A stretch of DNA of 64,000 bases, from positions 32,001 to 96,000 of the forward strand of contig CAYOWP010000001.1 in NCBI GenBank assembly GCA_964407715.1, written 5' to 3'. The notes under the pieces are model-generated. The model was not told the DNA's origin. It worked only from the letters and a program-made list of their open reading frames with translations, and searched no databases. Below, piece after piece: positions 31,446 to 42,308 of this stretch (within the stretch, counting starts at the first letter, position 1; each line of letters begins with the position of its first letter). Both the position numbers and the translations under genes were made by a program. Origin of the DNA: an uncultured archaeon (lineage in GTDB: Archaea > EX4484-52 > JAADEF01).

Positions 31446-32624
31446 GTGTTAAGGATGAGGGAAAGTAAAGAAATGTTGCTCAAGGGAATGGTGGTGCTAA
31501 TAATAGCAGTGGCATTTTTTGGGTGTCTTTCCATGCATACAGCATATGCTGATACTGAAGATTATGGAGATGCTGATATAATTGTCGAGGACATATATCC
31601 TAATATCATATATCCTGGAGATATGTTTGATATCTATTTTAGGATCATCAATGAGGGCACGGATGACATTACTTTAAAAGATGTGAACATTACTCTTCCT
31701 GCAGGATTTGAGGTAATCTCCAAGGATCCGCTGGATGTTTCAAGGGTTTTGTGTGGTAAATGTTCATTACAAATGCATTACTCTCTTAAGACCTTGCCTT
31801 CAATAGATGTTGGCAAGCATACCATTGAATTTAATATCATCACAAAGGATTATACTTTAAAGAAGGAATATCTCATTGAGATACAAGGCGATGAAGACAT
31901 TTTTGTGAGTGTGTTATCTGCAAAAGGAAAAATTAATGGAGATGGAGAGATAGAGTTGGTTTTGTCTAACATAGGAGATGTTGATTTAAAGGATATTAAA
32001 GTTTATATTAATGATGCGAACATCAAAATAAAGAACGCATCCTTCATTTATATACCTTTACTTAAAAAAGGTGAAGAAAAAAGAATCGTTATACCTGTTA
32101 CTTTAACAAAAGACGTTAAAGAAGGAAAATATCATTTAAATATGAACATTACATATAAAGGAAGAAAACTTAATACCAACATATATTCCATATCTTTTAA
32201 TGTTTTGCCGAATGTTGAGCTGTATGTCTCTTCTATTTCTTTGGTGGAGAGACCAATCATAGGAAAAAGTACAGATTTGGTTATTAGGGTAGAGAATACT
32301 GGATATGGAAAGGCAAAGAACATAAGAATTTTGCTTGAAGGAGATGTAGAAATGGTGCAAAATGAATATTACTTAGGGGAACTTGAAAGTGAAGAGGATT
32401 CTTCGGCTGTGTTTACTATTACACCTTTAAAGAGAAAATCTACACTCACTTATAAGATAGTGTATAAGGAAGGTGATGAAGAGAAATCATTTGAGGGCAC
32501 ATTTACATTTAATTCTTTTATAGAGAGCCGTACCATATTTTGGATTGTTATAGGAATAGCTTTAGTGATTGTGCTATTGATTGTCTATAAGATATATAAA
32601 CATAAAAAAGAGGAAAAGGAATAA
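31446..32624 (+). CDS. COG1361-type S-layer/Ig-like membrane-anchored protein
   Basis: Signal peptide, repeated N.G..A/L.N motifs, C-terminal TM; precedes ABC genes. Confidence 0.8.
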   Translation: MLRMRESKEMLLKGMVVLIIAVAFFGCLSMHTAYADTEDYGDADIIVEDIYPNIIYPGDMFDIYFRIINEGTDDITLKDVNITLPAGFEVISKDPLDVSRVLCGKCSLQMHYSLKTLPSIDVGKHTIEFNIITKDYTLKKEYLIEIQGDEDIFVSVLSAKGKINGDGEIELVLSNIGDVDLKDIKVYINDANIKIKNASFIYIPLLKKGEEKRIVIPVTLTKDVKEGKYHLNMNITYKGRKLNTNIYSISFNVLPNVELYVSSISLVERPIIGKSTDLVIRVENTGYGKAKNIRILLEGDVEMVQNEYYLGELESEEDSSAVFTITPLKRKSTLTYKIVYKEGDEEKSFEGTFTFNSFIESRTIFWIVIGIALVIVLLIVYKIYKHKKEEKE

Positions 32625-32647
32625 CAAATCTTTGAAAAGATAAGAGG

Positions 32648-33874
32648 ATGAAGAGCATGGCATATAAATATAGAAAGGATTTAAGAGTTGCTGCATTTTT
32701 AGCATATAAAAGTTTATTATTCAACAAAAAAAGTTTGTTTTTAATTTCATGTATAATAGGGCTAACATATTTGAGCGGTATATTTATTGGTGGTGTGATA
32801 TATGGTATGAAGTTACGTGTAGAAAGAGAAGCAATAGATACTACATTAGGGAATATTATGCTTTTACCAAAGGAAAAAGAGGAATACATATATGATGTTG
32901 ATGAAATATTGAAGAAGCTAACAGGAATTCCGGGGATTATTGCTGTCTCTCCAAGATTTATAATGCCTGCAACATTAATGGATAAGGATGGAAAAACAAC
33001 AACAGTATTTCTAACAGTGGTAGAGCCTGAAAAGGAAAGGAAGGTTAATTACGCGTTTGATAACATTATTGAAGGAAAGTGCCTCTCTAAAGGAACACAA
33101 GATGGCATAATGATAGGAGGAGTAGTAACAAAGAAATATGGTATTTTTGAATCTGTTGAGAAGATAGATGTTTCTGCTGGGGATAAAGTTAAGGTAATTA
33201 CTCCTTTTGGTGAGAGAGAAATGAAAATCTTGGGTATTTTTAAAGCAGATTTGATGGATGTAGAGCTATATACCTATGTTAATAAGGAGCAAGTAAGAAG
33301 AGTATTTAATTTAAATCCTGAAGACTTAAATGTTGCTACGCAAATAGTAATCAAGACAGGAAAAAATGTAGATGAGAAGAAAATGGTAAAGATTCTTAAG
33401 CAATTAGGGATAGATGCTAGGATACATACATGGAAAGAAGAATTGGGTATATTGGATCAGTTTACAGGTAGTTTGATGATCATGAATAAAATAGCAATAA
33501 TTGTTAGTATTATTGTTGCTTTTGGAACAATATATATTATAATGTATATCAATGCATTACAAAAGAGATCACAACTAGGTATTCTAAAAGCTGTGGGAAT
33601 AAAGAGCAATGTTATTATTCTTTCATATACACTTCAAGCATTTATATATGGGTTGTGCGGTATATTAGCAGGGCTTATATTGATAAAGTTGGCAGTTAAA
33701 TACTTCACTTTCTATCCTATTCATACTCCAATTGGAGGAGTAACTCCAGTAATCCAAATGGATGTTATGTGTTTTAATGCCTTATTTATATTACTTTCCA
33801 GTATATTTGCTGGATATTTTGCCTCGAGAGGTATTGTTCATGAGAGAATACTTGATATGATATTCAAAGGATGA
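32648..33874 (+). CDS. ABC transporter permease (MacB/FtsX family)
   Basis: QLGILKAVG motif, large extracellular loop. Confidence 0.9.
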   Translation: MKSMAYKYRKDLRVAAFLAYKSLLFNKKSLFLISCIIGLTYLSGIFIGGVIYGMKLRVEREAIDTTLGNIMLLPKEKEEYIYDVDEILKKLTGIPGIIAVSPRFIMPATLMDKDGKTTTVFLTVVEPEKERKVNYAFDNIIEGKCLSKGTQDGIMIGGVVTKKYGIFESVEKIDVSAGDKVKVITPFGEREMKILGIFKADLMDVELYTYVNKEQVRRVFNLNPEDLNVATQIVIKTGKNVDEKKMVKILKQLGIDARIHTWKEELGILDQFTGSLMIMNKIAIIVSIIVAFGTIYIIMYINALQKRSQLGILKAVGIKSNVIILSYTLQAFIYGLCGILAGLILIKLAVKYFTFYPIHTPIGGVTPVIQMDVMCFNALFILLSSIFAGYFASRGIVHERILDMIFKG

Positions 33875-34593
33875 TGATTATGCAAAAAGGGAAAACTAAG
33901 GAAAATGTTATTGTTAAGGTACGTAATTTAAAAAGATATTATGGTAAAGGTAGCGCCTTAACTAAGGCCTTGGATGGAGTTGATTTTGAGATTTATAAAG
34001 GAGAGTTTTTAGGGATCATGGGCCCTAGTGGTTCTGGCAAATCTACTCTTTTACATTTATTAGGCTTATTGGATAAGCCTACGGATGGAGAGATTTATTT
34101 TTTAGGAGAGAGAATTGATACATTACCTGAGCATAAAAAAACAAGATTTAGGTTGGAAAAGATTGGTTATGTTTTTCAACAATACCGATTGATACCAGAG
34201 TTAAGGGCATATGAGAATGTTATGCTTCCTTTTGTTATGCGAACAGGAGATTTTATAAAAGCCAAGAAATGCGCGATAGAGATATTAAAGAAAGTAGGTA
34301 TTGGATATGTGTGGGATCACTATCCATTTGAGCTTTCAGGTGGTGAACAGCAAAGGGTTGCTATAGCAAGGGCATTGGTTAATGATCCTGTTATTATATA
34401 TGCGGATGAACCTACAGCAAGTCTTGATACGAATTCTGGTGAAATAATAATGAATCTTTTTATGGAAATAAATAAGAAGTATAATCATACTGTAGTGGTT
34501 GTAAGTCATGAGCCAGAGCACAAACGATATTTTGATAGAATCATCTACATTAGAAATGGTAAAATAGAGAGGATTGAGAGGAGAAAAGGATAG
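33871..34593 (+). CDS. ABC transporter ATP-binding protein (LolD-like)
   Basis: GPSGSGKST, LSGGEQQRV, ADEPT. Confidence 0.95.
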   Translation: MMIMQKGKTKENVIVKVRNLKRYYGKGSALTKALDGVDFEIYKGEFLGIMGPSGSGKSTLLHLLGLLDKPTDGEIYFLGERIDTLPEHKKTRFRLEKIGYVFQQYRLIPELRAYENVMLPFVMRTGDFIKAKKCAIEILKKVGIGYVWDHYPFELSGGEQQRVAIARALVNDPVIIYADEPTASLDTNSGEIIMNLFMEINKKYNHTVVVVSHEPEHKRYFDRIIYIRNGKIERIERRKG

Positions 34594-34642
34594 CCACTTC
34601 TTTTCACGAATCTATTAAAAATTATCTTATTAAACTAATATT

Positions 34643-35154
34643 ATGGTGCGAATTTTGATTTTTGGAGATAGTATAGCATATGGAGCTTGTGATAAAGAGG
34701 GAGGATGGGTTCAAAGGTTAAGAAAATTTTTTGATGAAAATTATGAAGATTATCTAATTTATAATTTAAGTATTTCTGGCGATACTACAGAGGAGTTAAT
34801 TAAAAGATTTGAATTTGAAGCAAAACAACGATTAAAGGAAAAAGATGAAACAATTATAATTTTTGCTATTGGGATAAATGATTCTCAGTTTGTTCATAGT
34901 AAAAATAAAAATAGAATAGCATTGGAAAAATTCAAAGAAAATCTTCGAAAATTAATTCAACTTGCTAAGAAATTTTCCTCAAAAATTATTTTTGTTGGTT
35001 TGACTCCTGTTGATGAAACAAAAACAACACCAATCATTTGGGATATAAATAAATTATACAAAAATGAATACATTCAAAAATAAATTCAGAAGGGCATCAG
35101 AAAATTTTTGAAATTGTAAAGGATTTCATGGTTGAAAGATTACTTTCTTCATAA
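34643..35154 (+). pseudogene. SGNH/GDSL hydrolase pseudogene (internal deletion plus frameshift)
   Basis: FGDSI, GIND present; stop at 35083; C-terminal NSEGHQKIFEIVKDF continues in another frame; catalytic DxxH missing. Confidence 0.75.
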
Positions 35155-35164
35155 TCGCTATGAA

Positions 35165-35236
35165 GTGTTAAACCGCTATAAGTGCTATTTGCGTGTTATG
35201 TTTCCGCTTAACAATAGAGAATTATTGGACAATGCC
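35165..35236. mobile_element. partial MITE-like element (one end)
   Basis: GCTATAAGTGCTATTTGCGTGTTATGTTTCCGCTTAACAATAGAGAATTATTGGACAATGCC matches the 14.3 and 48.1 kb copies. Confidence 0.8.
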
Positions 35237-35292
35237 TTTTTGAACCTTTATCTAAAAAAGTTATAAATATTTTCATTAATAAAATTATTTTT

Positions 35293-36147
35293 ATGCCTAA
35301 GAAAATTGCATTTAAAAAGGTGAGATTTGGGACTGCAGGTATACCTTTGAGTACAGAAAATCCCTCTACTGAGAGAGGAATTGAAAAGGTAAGAGAATTG
35401 AATCTTGATGCCATGGAGTTAGAGTTTGTGAGAGGCATAAATGTTACAATAGAGAAAGCGAAAATTATAAAGAAGATAGCAGAGGAAAATGATGTAGTTC
35501 TTACAGCACATGGTCCATACTATATTAACCTTAATGCAAGCGAGGAAAAGAAGTGGTATGCTAGTATTGAGAGAATAATCAACTCTGCAAAAATTCTGCA
35601 TTATGCTGGTGGATACAGTGTGGTATTTCATCCAGCATATTATATGAAAAGCACAAAGGAAGAAGCTTATAAAAAGGTTAGGGATGCATTAAATATTGTG
35701 GTTGAAACCATAAAAAAAGAGAGATATGATGTTTGGATTAGACCAGAAACAATGGGAAAGCCAACACAATTTGGTGATCTTGATGAACTAATTTCTTTAA
35801 GTAAAGAACTTGAAGGTTATGTTTTACCAGTAATAGATTTTGCTCATTTGCATGCAAGATACAATGGATTTTTCAAGAGTTATGAGGATTTTGCTAAGAT
35901 ATTTGAGAGATTGGAAAATGAGTTGGGAAAATATGCATTAAAAAATATGCACATCCATATTTCTGGTATTGAATACAATGAGAAAGGAGAAAAAAGACAT
36001 CTAAATCTCAAAGAAAGTGATTTGTTGTATAAGGCATTTGTGGAGGCTTTGATTAATTATGATGTTAGAGGAGTTGTGATAAGCGAATCTCCAAACATAG
36101 AGGGAGATGCTTTGTTACTTAAAAAGGAATATGAATCATTACTTTAA
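35293..36147 (+). CDS. nfo: endonuclease IV (AP endonuclease family 2)
   Basis: FGTAG.P, HGPYYINL, ETMGK, DFAH, HIHISG, ISESP. Confidence 0.9.
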   Translation: MPKKIAFKKVRFGTAGIPLSTENPSTERGIEKVRELNLDAMELEFVRGINVTIEKAKIIKKIAEENDVVLTAHGPYYINLNASEEKKWYASIERIINSAKILHYAGGYSVVFHPAYYMKSTKEEAYKKVRDALNIVVETIKKERYDVWIRPETMGKPTQFGDLDELISLSKELEGYVLPVIDFAHLHARYNGFFKSYEDFAKIFERLENELGKYALKNMHIHISGIEYNEKGEKRHLNLKESDLLYKAFVEALINYDVRGVVISESPNIEGDALLLKKEYESLL

Positions 36148-36159
36148 GGGTTTGATATC

Positions 36160-37530
36160 ATGAGTATATATGCGTTCTGTGTTACAGAAAAATTGGAAAT
36201 AGATTGGATTGATGACGAGGAGATTAAGAAAAAAATACGATGGTATTTCTCAAAAATTGTAAAAAGAAAAAGCATAGAGATATTTGAAAGCGCGGAAAAT
36301 GTTTATGTAATTGCATATATAGAAAAGTTAAACACCATATCTTTGATGAAGAAATTTGGGGAGCTTGTGAGATTTGTTGATGGAAAATTTGAGGAAACAC
36401 CAAAAATAGTGATAGATAACTTGGATGTGGATAAAGATTTTATTTATGAGATTGTTCAGTTGAGTAGATACAAATACTTTTCAAATAAAAGAGAAATCAT
36501 ACCTCTCAAGATAATACTAAAAAACGGCTCTCCATACAGGAATAAGGAGATAGATAATATTGTGGAGTGTGTATATAGAGCCAGAGATATAGTGAACCTT
36601 TCTTTGGCTGAGAAGTCTCCTTTAAGGGTTGTTGAAGAAGTAAAAAAGGATATTCAAGGACTATCCAACATAAATATAAAGATAATTCGTGGAAAGGAAT
36701 TGATAAAGGAGAAGCTTAATTTAGTATATGAGGTGGGCAAAGGAAGCGATAATGAGCCATGCGTTTTAATTTTGGAATATTTACCTTTAAAAAAGAATGA
36801 GGTGGATTTTGCTATTGTTGGTAAAGGAGTGGTATTTGATGCAGGAGGATATAACATCAAACTAAAAATGATGGAGGAAATGAGATTTGATCTCTCTGGA
36901 GGAGTAGCAGCGCTCTATTCATTAATTGGTTTGGCAAGGAAAGAAATTAAGAAGAACGTTATATGCGCAGTACCTCTTGTTGAAAATCTTGTTTCTGGAG
37001 GGAGCTATAAGCCTGGAGATGTTCTTTTTGCATATAACGGAAAATCTGTTGAGATAGCAAATACTGATGCAGAGGGAAGGCTAATACTTGCTGATGTCAT
37101 TGCATATGTGCAAGAGAAATATAGGATTAGGTGCTTGATTGATATTGCATCTTTAACGCTTGCATGCATGATTGCATTAGGTAGAGATATTGCAGGTATA
37201 ATGGGTAATGATAAAGAACTAATCAAAAAGTTTATGGAAGTAGGGGAGAGAATAGGAGAGAATGTTTGGGAATTTCCATTGATAGAGGAATATTTTGCGA
37301 ATATGCTTGAGAGCAAGATTGCTGATATAAGAAGCTTACCATATGATCCATGGGCAGGGTCTATAATAGGAGGTATGTTTTTGAAATTTTTTGTTAATAA
37401 GAATATAAGATGGGTGCACTTAGATATAGCAGGACCTTGCTATACAACAAAACCAAAATTTATATATTCTGCAGGTGCAACAGGTTTTGGAGTGAGATTA
37501 TTAACAAAGGTTATTGAGGAGGAAAGGTAG
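36160..37530 (+). CDS. pepA: M17 leucyl aminopeptidase
   Basis: GKGVVFDAGG, NTDAEGRL, HLDIAG, GATGFGV. Confidence 0.92.
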   Translation: MSIYAFCVTEKLEIDWIDDEEIKKKIRWYFSKIVKRKSIEIFESAENVYVIAYIEKLNTISLMKKFGELVRFVDGKFEETPKIVIDNLDVDKDFIYEIVQLSRYKYFSNKREIIPLKIILKNGSPYRNKEIDNIVECVYRARDIVNLSLAEKSPLRVVEEVKKDIQGLSNINIKIIRGKELIKEKLNLVYEVGKGSDNEPCVLILEYLPLKKNEVDFAIVGKGVVFDAGGYNIKLKMMEEMRFDLSGGVAALYSLIGLARKEIKKNVICAVPLVENLVSGGSYKPGDVLFAYNGKSVEIANTDAEGRLILADVIAYVQEKYRIRCLIDIASLTLACMIALGRDIAGIMGNDKELIKKFMEVGERIGENVWEFPLIEEYFANMLESKIADIRSLPYDPWAGSIIGGMFLKFFVNKNIRWVHLDIAGPCYTTKPKFIYSAGATGFGVRLLTKVIEEER

Positions 37531-37537
37531 AGGTTTT

Positions 37538-38920
37538 ATGGGCAGTGAGCATTTTAGTTTGTCTTTTATTTTCTTTATTATTGTGATAATGATAATGCTT
37601 TTTATAGAGAAAAAGAACTTTAAGAGAGAGGGAATAGTGTTTCTAAGAAGGAGCTCTAAAGGTTTAGCATTTTTGAAAAAACTTTCTAAGAAGTATGGGA
37701 GAATAATAAATTATCTTGGCGATTTTGCCGTGGTTTTGAGTTATGGTTTGTTCTCATGGAGATATATATTCAAAGAAAGCAAAAATAAGAGATATGCCTT
37801 TTGCTTATTAGCAATATATTTCTTTATAGCGTGGTTGGTGTATGATCACTTTAAGTTCTTGGAATCTGCCATACTTGGGATATGGAACTCAGAAAGATAT
37901 TCCTCCTTAATTATTAATATATCAAGATTATTTGGATATGGGCTTGGAATAGGAGGTTTAGCTTTTTTCTTACTTTCAATAGGCTCTTTCTCCATTCTTT
38001 ACAATTCTTTGTTCCTCCTTAAAGAGGTGCAACCTCCTCTTCAAATAGTTCTTCCTATAAGTGTTCCATCAAAATACAATCTTCCAGTCCTAAGCGTGCC
38101 ATTTGATAAATGGCTTATAAGTGTGGTTGTGCTTGTAATAGTGCATGAATTCGCTCATGCGATAATGTCAGCATCCAACAATATTAGGGTTAAGAGTGTT
38201 GGTTATGGATTTATGCTGTTTTTGCCTTTAGGATTTGCAGAGCCTGATGAGAGACAATTAAAAAAGAGCAAACTCATTAATAAGCTCCGCGTCTATGCTG
38301 CAGGGAGTTTCTCAAATTTTATTTTTGCATTAATATTTGGCCTTCTTTTTATTCCTTTTAATTTTGGGTTAAAGCATATGGATGTATATGAGTTTCAGGG
38401 AATATGCTATAATGGACTTGTAAAGTGGACCAATGCACCATCAGTATTGCCTGTTAATGGAACTATAACCCACATTGATGGAGTACAATTGCATAATTTC
38501 ACTCATTTTGCAAAAGTTTTGAATTCATATCATCCTGGCGAGAATATAACACTCACAATAAATGGCACCAACTATACTGTTACCTTATGTGAAAGTCCTA
38601 AGAATTCATCTTTGCCTTTTATAGGGATAATGCATGTAGGAGAGAGATATGAGATGAAGGAAGATGTAAAAAACAATCTTCTTAAGAAAATAACCTTCTA
38701 TCTTCTCCTTTATTTTGGTTCTTTATTTATGTGGATAAGTCTGCTCAATTTAGGTATAGGAATCGCGAACTTACTTCCATTAATACCACTAGATGGAGGG
38801 CTTATGATTAAGGAAATGTTGGAAAGGCATAGAGCAATATATCTTACTATCTTTATCTTGACTTTCCTTCTATTAGTCTTTTCTTTGTTTGGTAAATTTA
38901 TCATCAAGATATTCCTATGA
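37538..38920 (+). CDS. site-2 protease (M50) with PDZ-like insert
   Basis: HEFAH, FAEPD, AAGSFSN, NLLPLIPLDGG. Confidence 0.92.
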   Translation: MGSEHFSLSFIFFIIVIMIMLFIEKKNFKREGIVFLRRSSKGLAFLKKLSKKYGRIINYLGDFAVVLSYGLFSWRYIFKESKNKRYAFCLLAIYFFIAWLVYDHFKFLESAILGIWNSERYSSLIINISRLFGYGLGIGGLAFFLLSIGSFSILYNSLFLLKEVQPPLQIVLPISVPSKYNLPVLSVPFDKWLISVVVLVIVHEFAHAIMSASNNIRVKSVGYGFMLFLPLGFAEPDERQLKKSKLINKLRVYAAGSFSNFIFALIFGLLFIPFNFGLKHMDVYEFQGICYNGLVKWTNAPSVLPVNGTITHIDGVQLHNFTHFAKVLNSYHPGENITLTINGTNYTVTLCESPKNSSLPFIGIMHVGERYEMKEDVKNNLLKKITFYLLLYFGSLFMWISLLNLGIGIANLLPLIPLDGGLMIKEMLERHRAIYLTIFILTFLLLVFSLFGKFIIKIFL

Positions 38921-40354
38921 AGGCCTGGGTATTCGTGCTCCTTCATCTCTTAAGTGCCTCAATATCTCAATACCATAACGATACACAAGATTATTTAAAA
39001 GTGCTTCTGAGTTGTCCATCATCTTAATCTCTTCCTTTATGATTTTTGGATCAACATATCCAAAATAATCCAAGGCTATTTTTAATTCTTTATGTTTTTT
39101 GGCATACTTTGGAAGAGCAATACATTTTGCTATTGCATCTGCTGCCTGTCTAAAAGACTTTGCCCCTCCCTCCACACCTAATGGATGGCCATGTACTCCA
39201 CCACCTCCTTGAAATACAAAATCTTTGCCATGAATAACACTCAAAGCATCCCCCTTGCCGGCATCTAACCCACCAGATGCTACTGGCATGACAGGCTTAA
39301 TATGAGGAGAATACTTAAAATCCAAACATCCCAAGTATGGTATTTTTCTAACTTTTCTGTTTACTGCTAACTCATGAAGATATGATATGTATTTTGATGA
39401 CCCCTCCATTTTGCCAACGCCTGTACCAATATGAAGCTGATCAACACCAAGCATTCTGTATATCTTAAGCAAAATCTTGAAATCATATCCATACACTCCT
39501 CTATGCATAGCAGCATATCCTGCTCTATGTGCATGAACTATCAATCTTTTCTTATGCGCATATTTCACAAGCTCATAAGTTAAAGCAAACCCTAACATGA
39601 ACACATCAAGCATTACACATTTTCCTCCTCTTTCTGCAATATAATCTATTCTCTCGTACATTCTATGAATGTCTTGATCAGTGATATTGCTTGCGTAGAG
39701 CTTCCTCTCGCCGGTTTTGTTCTCGGCTTTTGACATCTTATCAAAAACCAAATCAAAGCGATCCCTCCATCTGCAAAAATCTTGATCAACTAAATTCTCA
39801 TCATCCTTTACAAAATCCATGCCATTAACATAGCATTTATATGCCACGTCACTCCATTCCTCTGGACTTAATCCAACCTTTGGTTTAACAATCGTACCAA
39901 CATGAGGTCTCCTTGTTTTTGTTGTGCCTATATACTTTCTAATACCATCTAATCCATATTTTGGACCCGGAAACATATTTTGGAATCTTTTTGGAAACTT
40001 TATGTCAAGAATCATCAATTCCTCTATTTCTTTTAAACCATATACATTGCCCAAGACAGAGGCAAGGAATTGTAAGAGATTCTTGCTATCAAAATGCTCG
40101 TATGGATATGCAAGATAAACAAAACCACTATTATTTTTTACATGCACAAGATGATACACTCTTGCGCGATAATCACGAAAGATATTCTCGCTCATAGTGC
40201 TTATTTTTGTCCACGTACCTACAGAGCTCTCTGCTGCTAATCCCTCTGCCAAAACCTCCAAGGGAGCATCTCCTTTTACCCATGCCAATACCAAAAAATC
40301 GCTTTCTTTTGGTACATAATTTAAATCCAAATAAAGATATCCACCATAACTCAT
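38915..40354 (-). CDS. rbcL: RuBisCO large subunit, form III-like
   Basis: AAESSVGTW, TIVKPK, DFVKDDE, HAHRA, GVGKMEG, ASGG, GGGGVHGHP. Confidence 0.92.
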   Translation of the reverse strand: MSYGGYLYLDLNYVPKESDFLVLAWVKGDAPLEVLAEGLAAESSVGTWTKISTMSENIFRDYRARVYHLVHVKNNSGFVYLAYPYEHFDSKNLLQFLASVLGNVYGLKEIEELMILDIKFPKRFQNMFPGPKYGLDGIRKYIGTTKTRRPHVGTIVKPKVGLSPEEWSDVAYKCYVNGMDFVKDDENLVDQDFCRWRDRFDLVFDKMSKAENKTGERKLYASNITDQDIHRMYERIDYIAERGGKCVMLDVFMLGFALTYELVKYAHKKRLIVHAHRAGYAAMHRGVYGYDFKILLKIYRMLGVDQLHIGTGVGKMEGSSKYISYLHELAVNRKVRKIPYLGCLDFKYSPHIKPVMPVASGGLDAGKGDALSVIHGKDFVFQGGGGVHGHPLGVEGGAKSFRQAADAIAKCIALPKYAKKHKELKIALDYFGYVDPKIIKEEIKMMDNSEALLNNLVYRYGIEILRHLRDEGARIPRPS

Positions 40355-40375
40355 ATATTGCGCCTCCTTAATTAT

Positions 40376-41233
40376 TCATATTAGCTCATCAAGAGGATTC
40401 CTAACTTTTCTTAATTCCTCTAAACTAACCTTGGTATATATTTGGGTGGTTTGTAAGTTGGCATGTCCAAGGAGTTCTTGGATCTTCCTTAAACTTTCAC
40501 CTTGCTCCAACAAATGTGTTGCAAATGTATGCCTGAGTACATGAGGAGTTACCTCTTTTTGAATTGCTGCTTCTTCCCTTAATCTTTGAATAATCTTTTG
40601 AACCAATCTAACAGAAATGTGGTTTCTTTTATGCTTGGAAAAGAACACATAATCTTCGCCAACAAGATTATGCTTGTTGAAGTATCTTCTTAGAAGATCA
40701 ACAATTTTCTCTCCTAAAACGACAATACGATCTTTTTTCCCTTTTCCTCCCCTGACCCTTAAGATTCTTTCATTCAAATCAAAATCTTTAACTTTAAGAT
40801 TAACCAATTCACTCACTCTTAAACCAGTGGAATAAAGGAGGAGGCATATCATTTTGTCTCTGTCTTTTTCAGCAGTATTGATGAGCCTTTTAACCTCTTC
40901 TCGCGTTAGCACTATTGGTAGCTTTTTGTCTCTTTTTGGTGTAGGTAAATCCTCTTCGCTAATTCTAAGGTTTTTGATTCTTTTTAAGTAGAAAACGATT
41001 GCTGCTTTAACTGCAGCAATGCTTGATGGAGTATAGCCTTCTTCATCTATAAGATATGATAGAAATCTCTTTGCAGAATCTACAGATATCTTTAATCCTT
41101 TCTTTTCAATGTATCTAAGATACATATTCACATGAATAAGATATGACTTCAAGGTTTGCTCGGTATATCCACTCAACAAAATCTCTGACCTAAGCTTCTC
41201 CAATTCCTGCTGAATCCTTTTATTTGTTTCCAT
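40376..41233 (-). CDS. xerA: tyrosine recombinase XerA
   Basis: TGLRVSE, GKGKKDR, HVLRHTFATH, LLGH..TTQIY; no IntI-specific insertion. Confidence 0.9.
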   Translation of the reverse strand: METNKRIQQELEKLRSEILLSGYTEQTLKSYLIHVNMYLRYIEKKGLKISVDSAKRFLSYLIDEEGYTPSSIAAVKAAIVFYLKRIKNLRISEEDLPTPKRDKKLPIVLTREEVKRLINTAEKDRDKMICLLLYSTGLRVSELVNLKVKDFDLNERILRVRGGKGKKDRIVVLGEKIVDLLRRYFNKHNLVGEDYVFFSKHKRNHISVRLVQKIIQRLREEAAIQKEVTPHVLRHTFATHLLEQGESLRKIQELLGHANLQTTQIYTKVSLEELRKVRNPLDELI

Positions 41234-41236
41234 ATT

Positions 41237-42241
41237 TTATGGCACCTCTATCCTTTCTAATATTTCATCAATTATGGTGTCTGTGTTCAATCCTATTGCC
41301 TTACCTTCATAGTTCAATATGATTCTATGTCTCAAGACATCATGAGCCACATATCTCACATCTTCCGGCAAGACATATGGTCTTCCCTCTAAGAAAGCCT
41401 TTGCTTTTGCAGAGATGTATAGAGCAATATTGGCTCTTGGAGATCCTCCCCAGGCAATGTATTTTCCATATTCTATGCCATAATTCTCAGGATTTCTTGT
41501 TGCATCTACTATATCAACAATATATTTTTTGATTTCATCTGATGCATATATTCTTTTTGTAATTTCTTGCATCTTTGGAAAATCTTCTTTATTAAACACT
41601 GGCATGATTTGAAAACTCTCAAATTTATGAATAGTAGTATTCTTATCAAGAATGATTAATTCTTCCTCTTTTGTTGGATAATACACATATACTTTAAAAA
41701 GAAACCTATCAACTTGAGCTTCTGGTAATGGATACGTACCTTGCTGCTCTATCGGGTTTTGAGTTGCCATCACAAAAAAAGGTTCCTCTAAAGTAAAGAT
41801 TTCCTTACCTATAACCACCTGTCTCTCCTGCATAACTGAAAGCATAGCACTCTGCACCTTAGGCGGTGCTCTGTTAATCTCATCTGCTAAAATGAAATTA
41901 GCAAATACAGGTCCTTTAACAACATAAAATCCCCTGTTTGGATCATAAGCAGTTATACCTGTGATATCTGCTGGCAAAAGGTCAGGGGTAAACTGGATTC
42001 TTTGAAATTTTGCATTCCTAACAGTTCTTGCTATTGTCATAACAAGCAGCGTTTTGGCTAATCCAGGTGCTCCCTCTAAGAGAATATGCCCTCTTGATAG
42101 CATTGATAAAATAGCAGCTTCAAGCACTTTTTCCTGTCCAACAAAAACTTTTCTCACTTCCTTTTTGAACATATCTATTTTTTCATTATAAAACTCAATT
42201 TCCTCTGAGATTTCTCTCATCATTGCAGAAAGCTGTACCAT
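41237..42241 (-). CDS. moxR: MoxR family AAA+ ATPase
   Basis: EGAPGLAKT, RIQFTPDLLP, DEINRAPPKVQSA, ATQNPIE. Confidence 0.95.
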   Translation of the reverse strand: MVQLSAMMREISEEIEFYNEKIDMFKKEVRKVFVGQEKVLEAAILSMLSRGHILLEGAPGLAKTLLVMTIARTVRNAKFQRIQFTPDLLPADITGITAYDPNRGFYVVKGPVFANFILADEINRAPPKVQSAMLSVMQERQVVIGKEIFTLEEPFFVMATQNPIEQQGTYPLPEAQVDRFLFKVYVYYPTKEEELIILDKNTTIHKFESFQIMPVFNKEDFPKMQEITKRIYASDEIKKYIVDIVDATRNPENYGIEYGKYIAWGGSPRANIALYISAKAKAFLEGRPYVLPEDVRYVAHDVLRHRIILNYEGKAIGLNTDTIIDEILERIEVP

Positions 42242-42308
42242 AATTTATATATTAATTAAGGAAACATATATTATTTATCTATTATTTGATGTCTATAAAG
42301 GTGATAAT

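Noticed and set aside
40376-41233. Integron integrase with the repeats as attC cassette array
   Set aside because: The protein lacks the IntI-specific insertion and looks like XerA. The repeats flank housekeeping genes and enclose no cassette ORFs.
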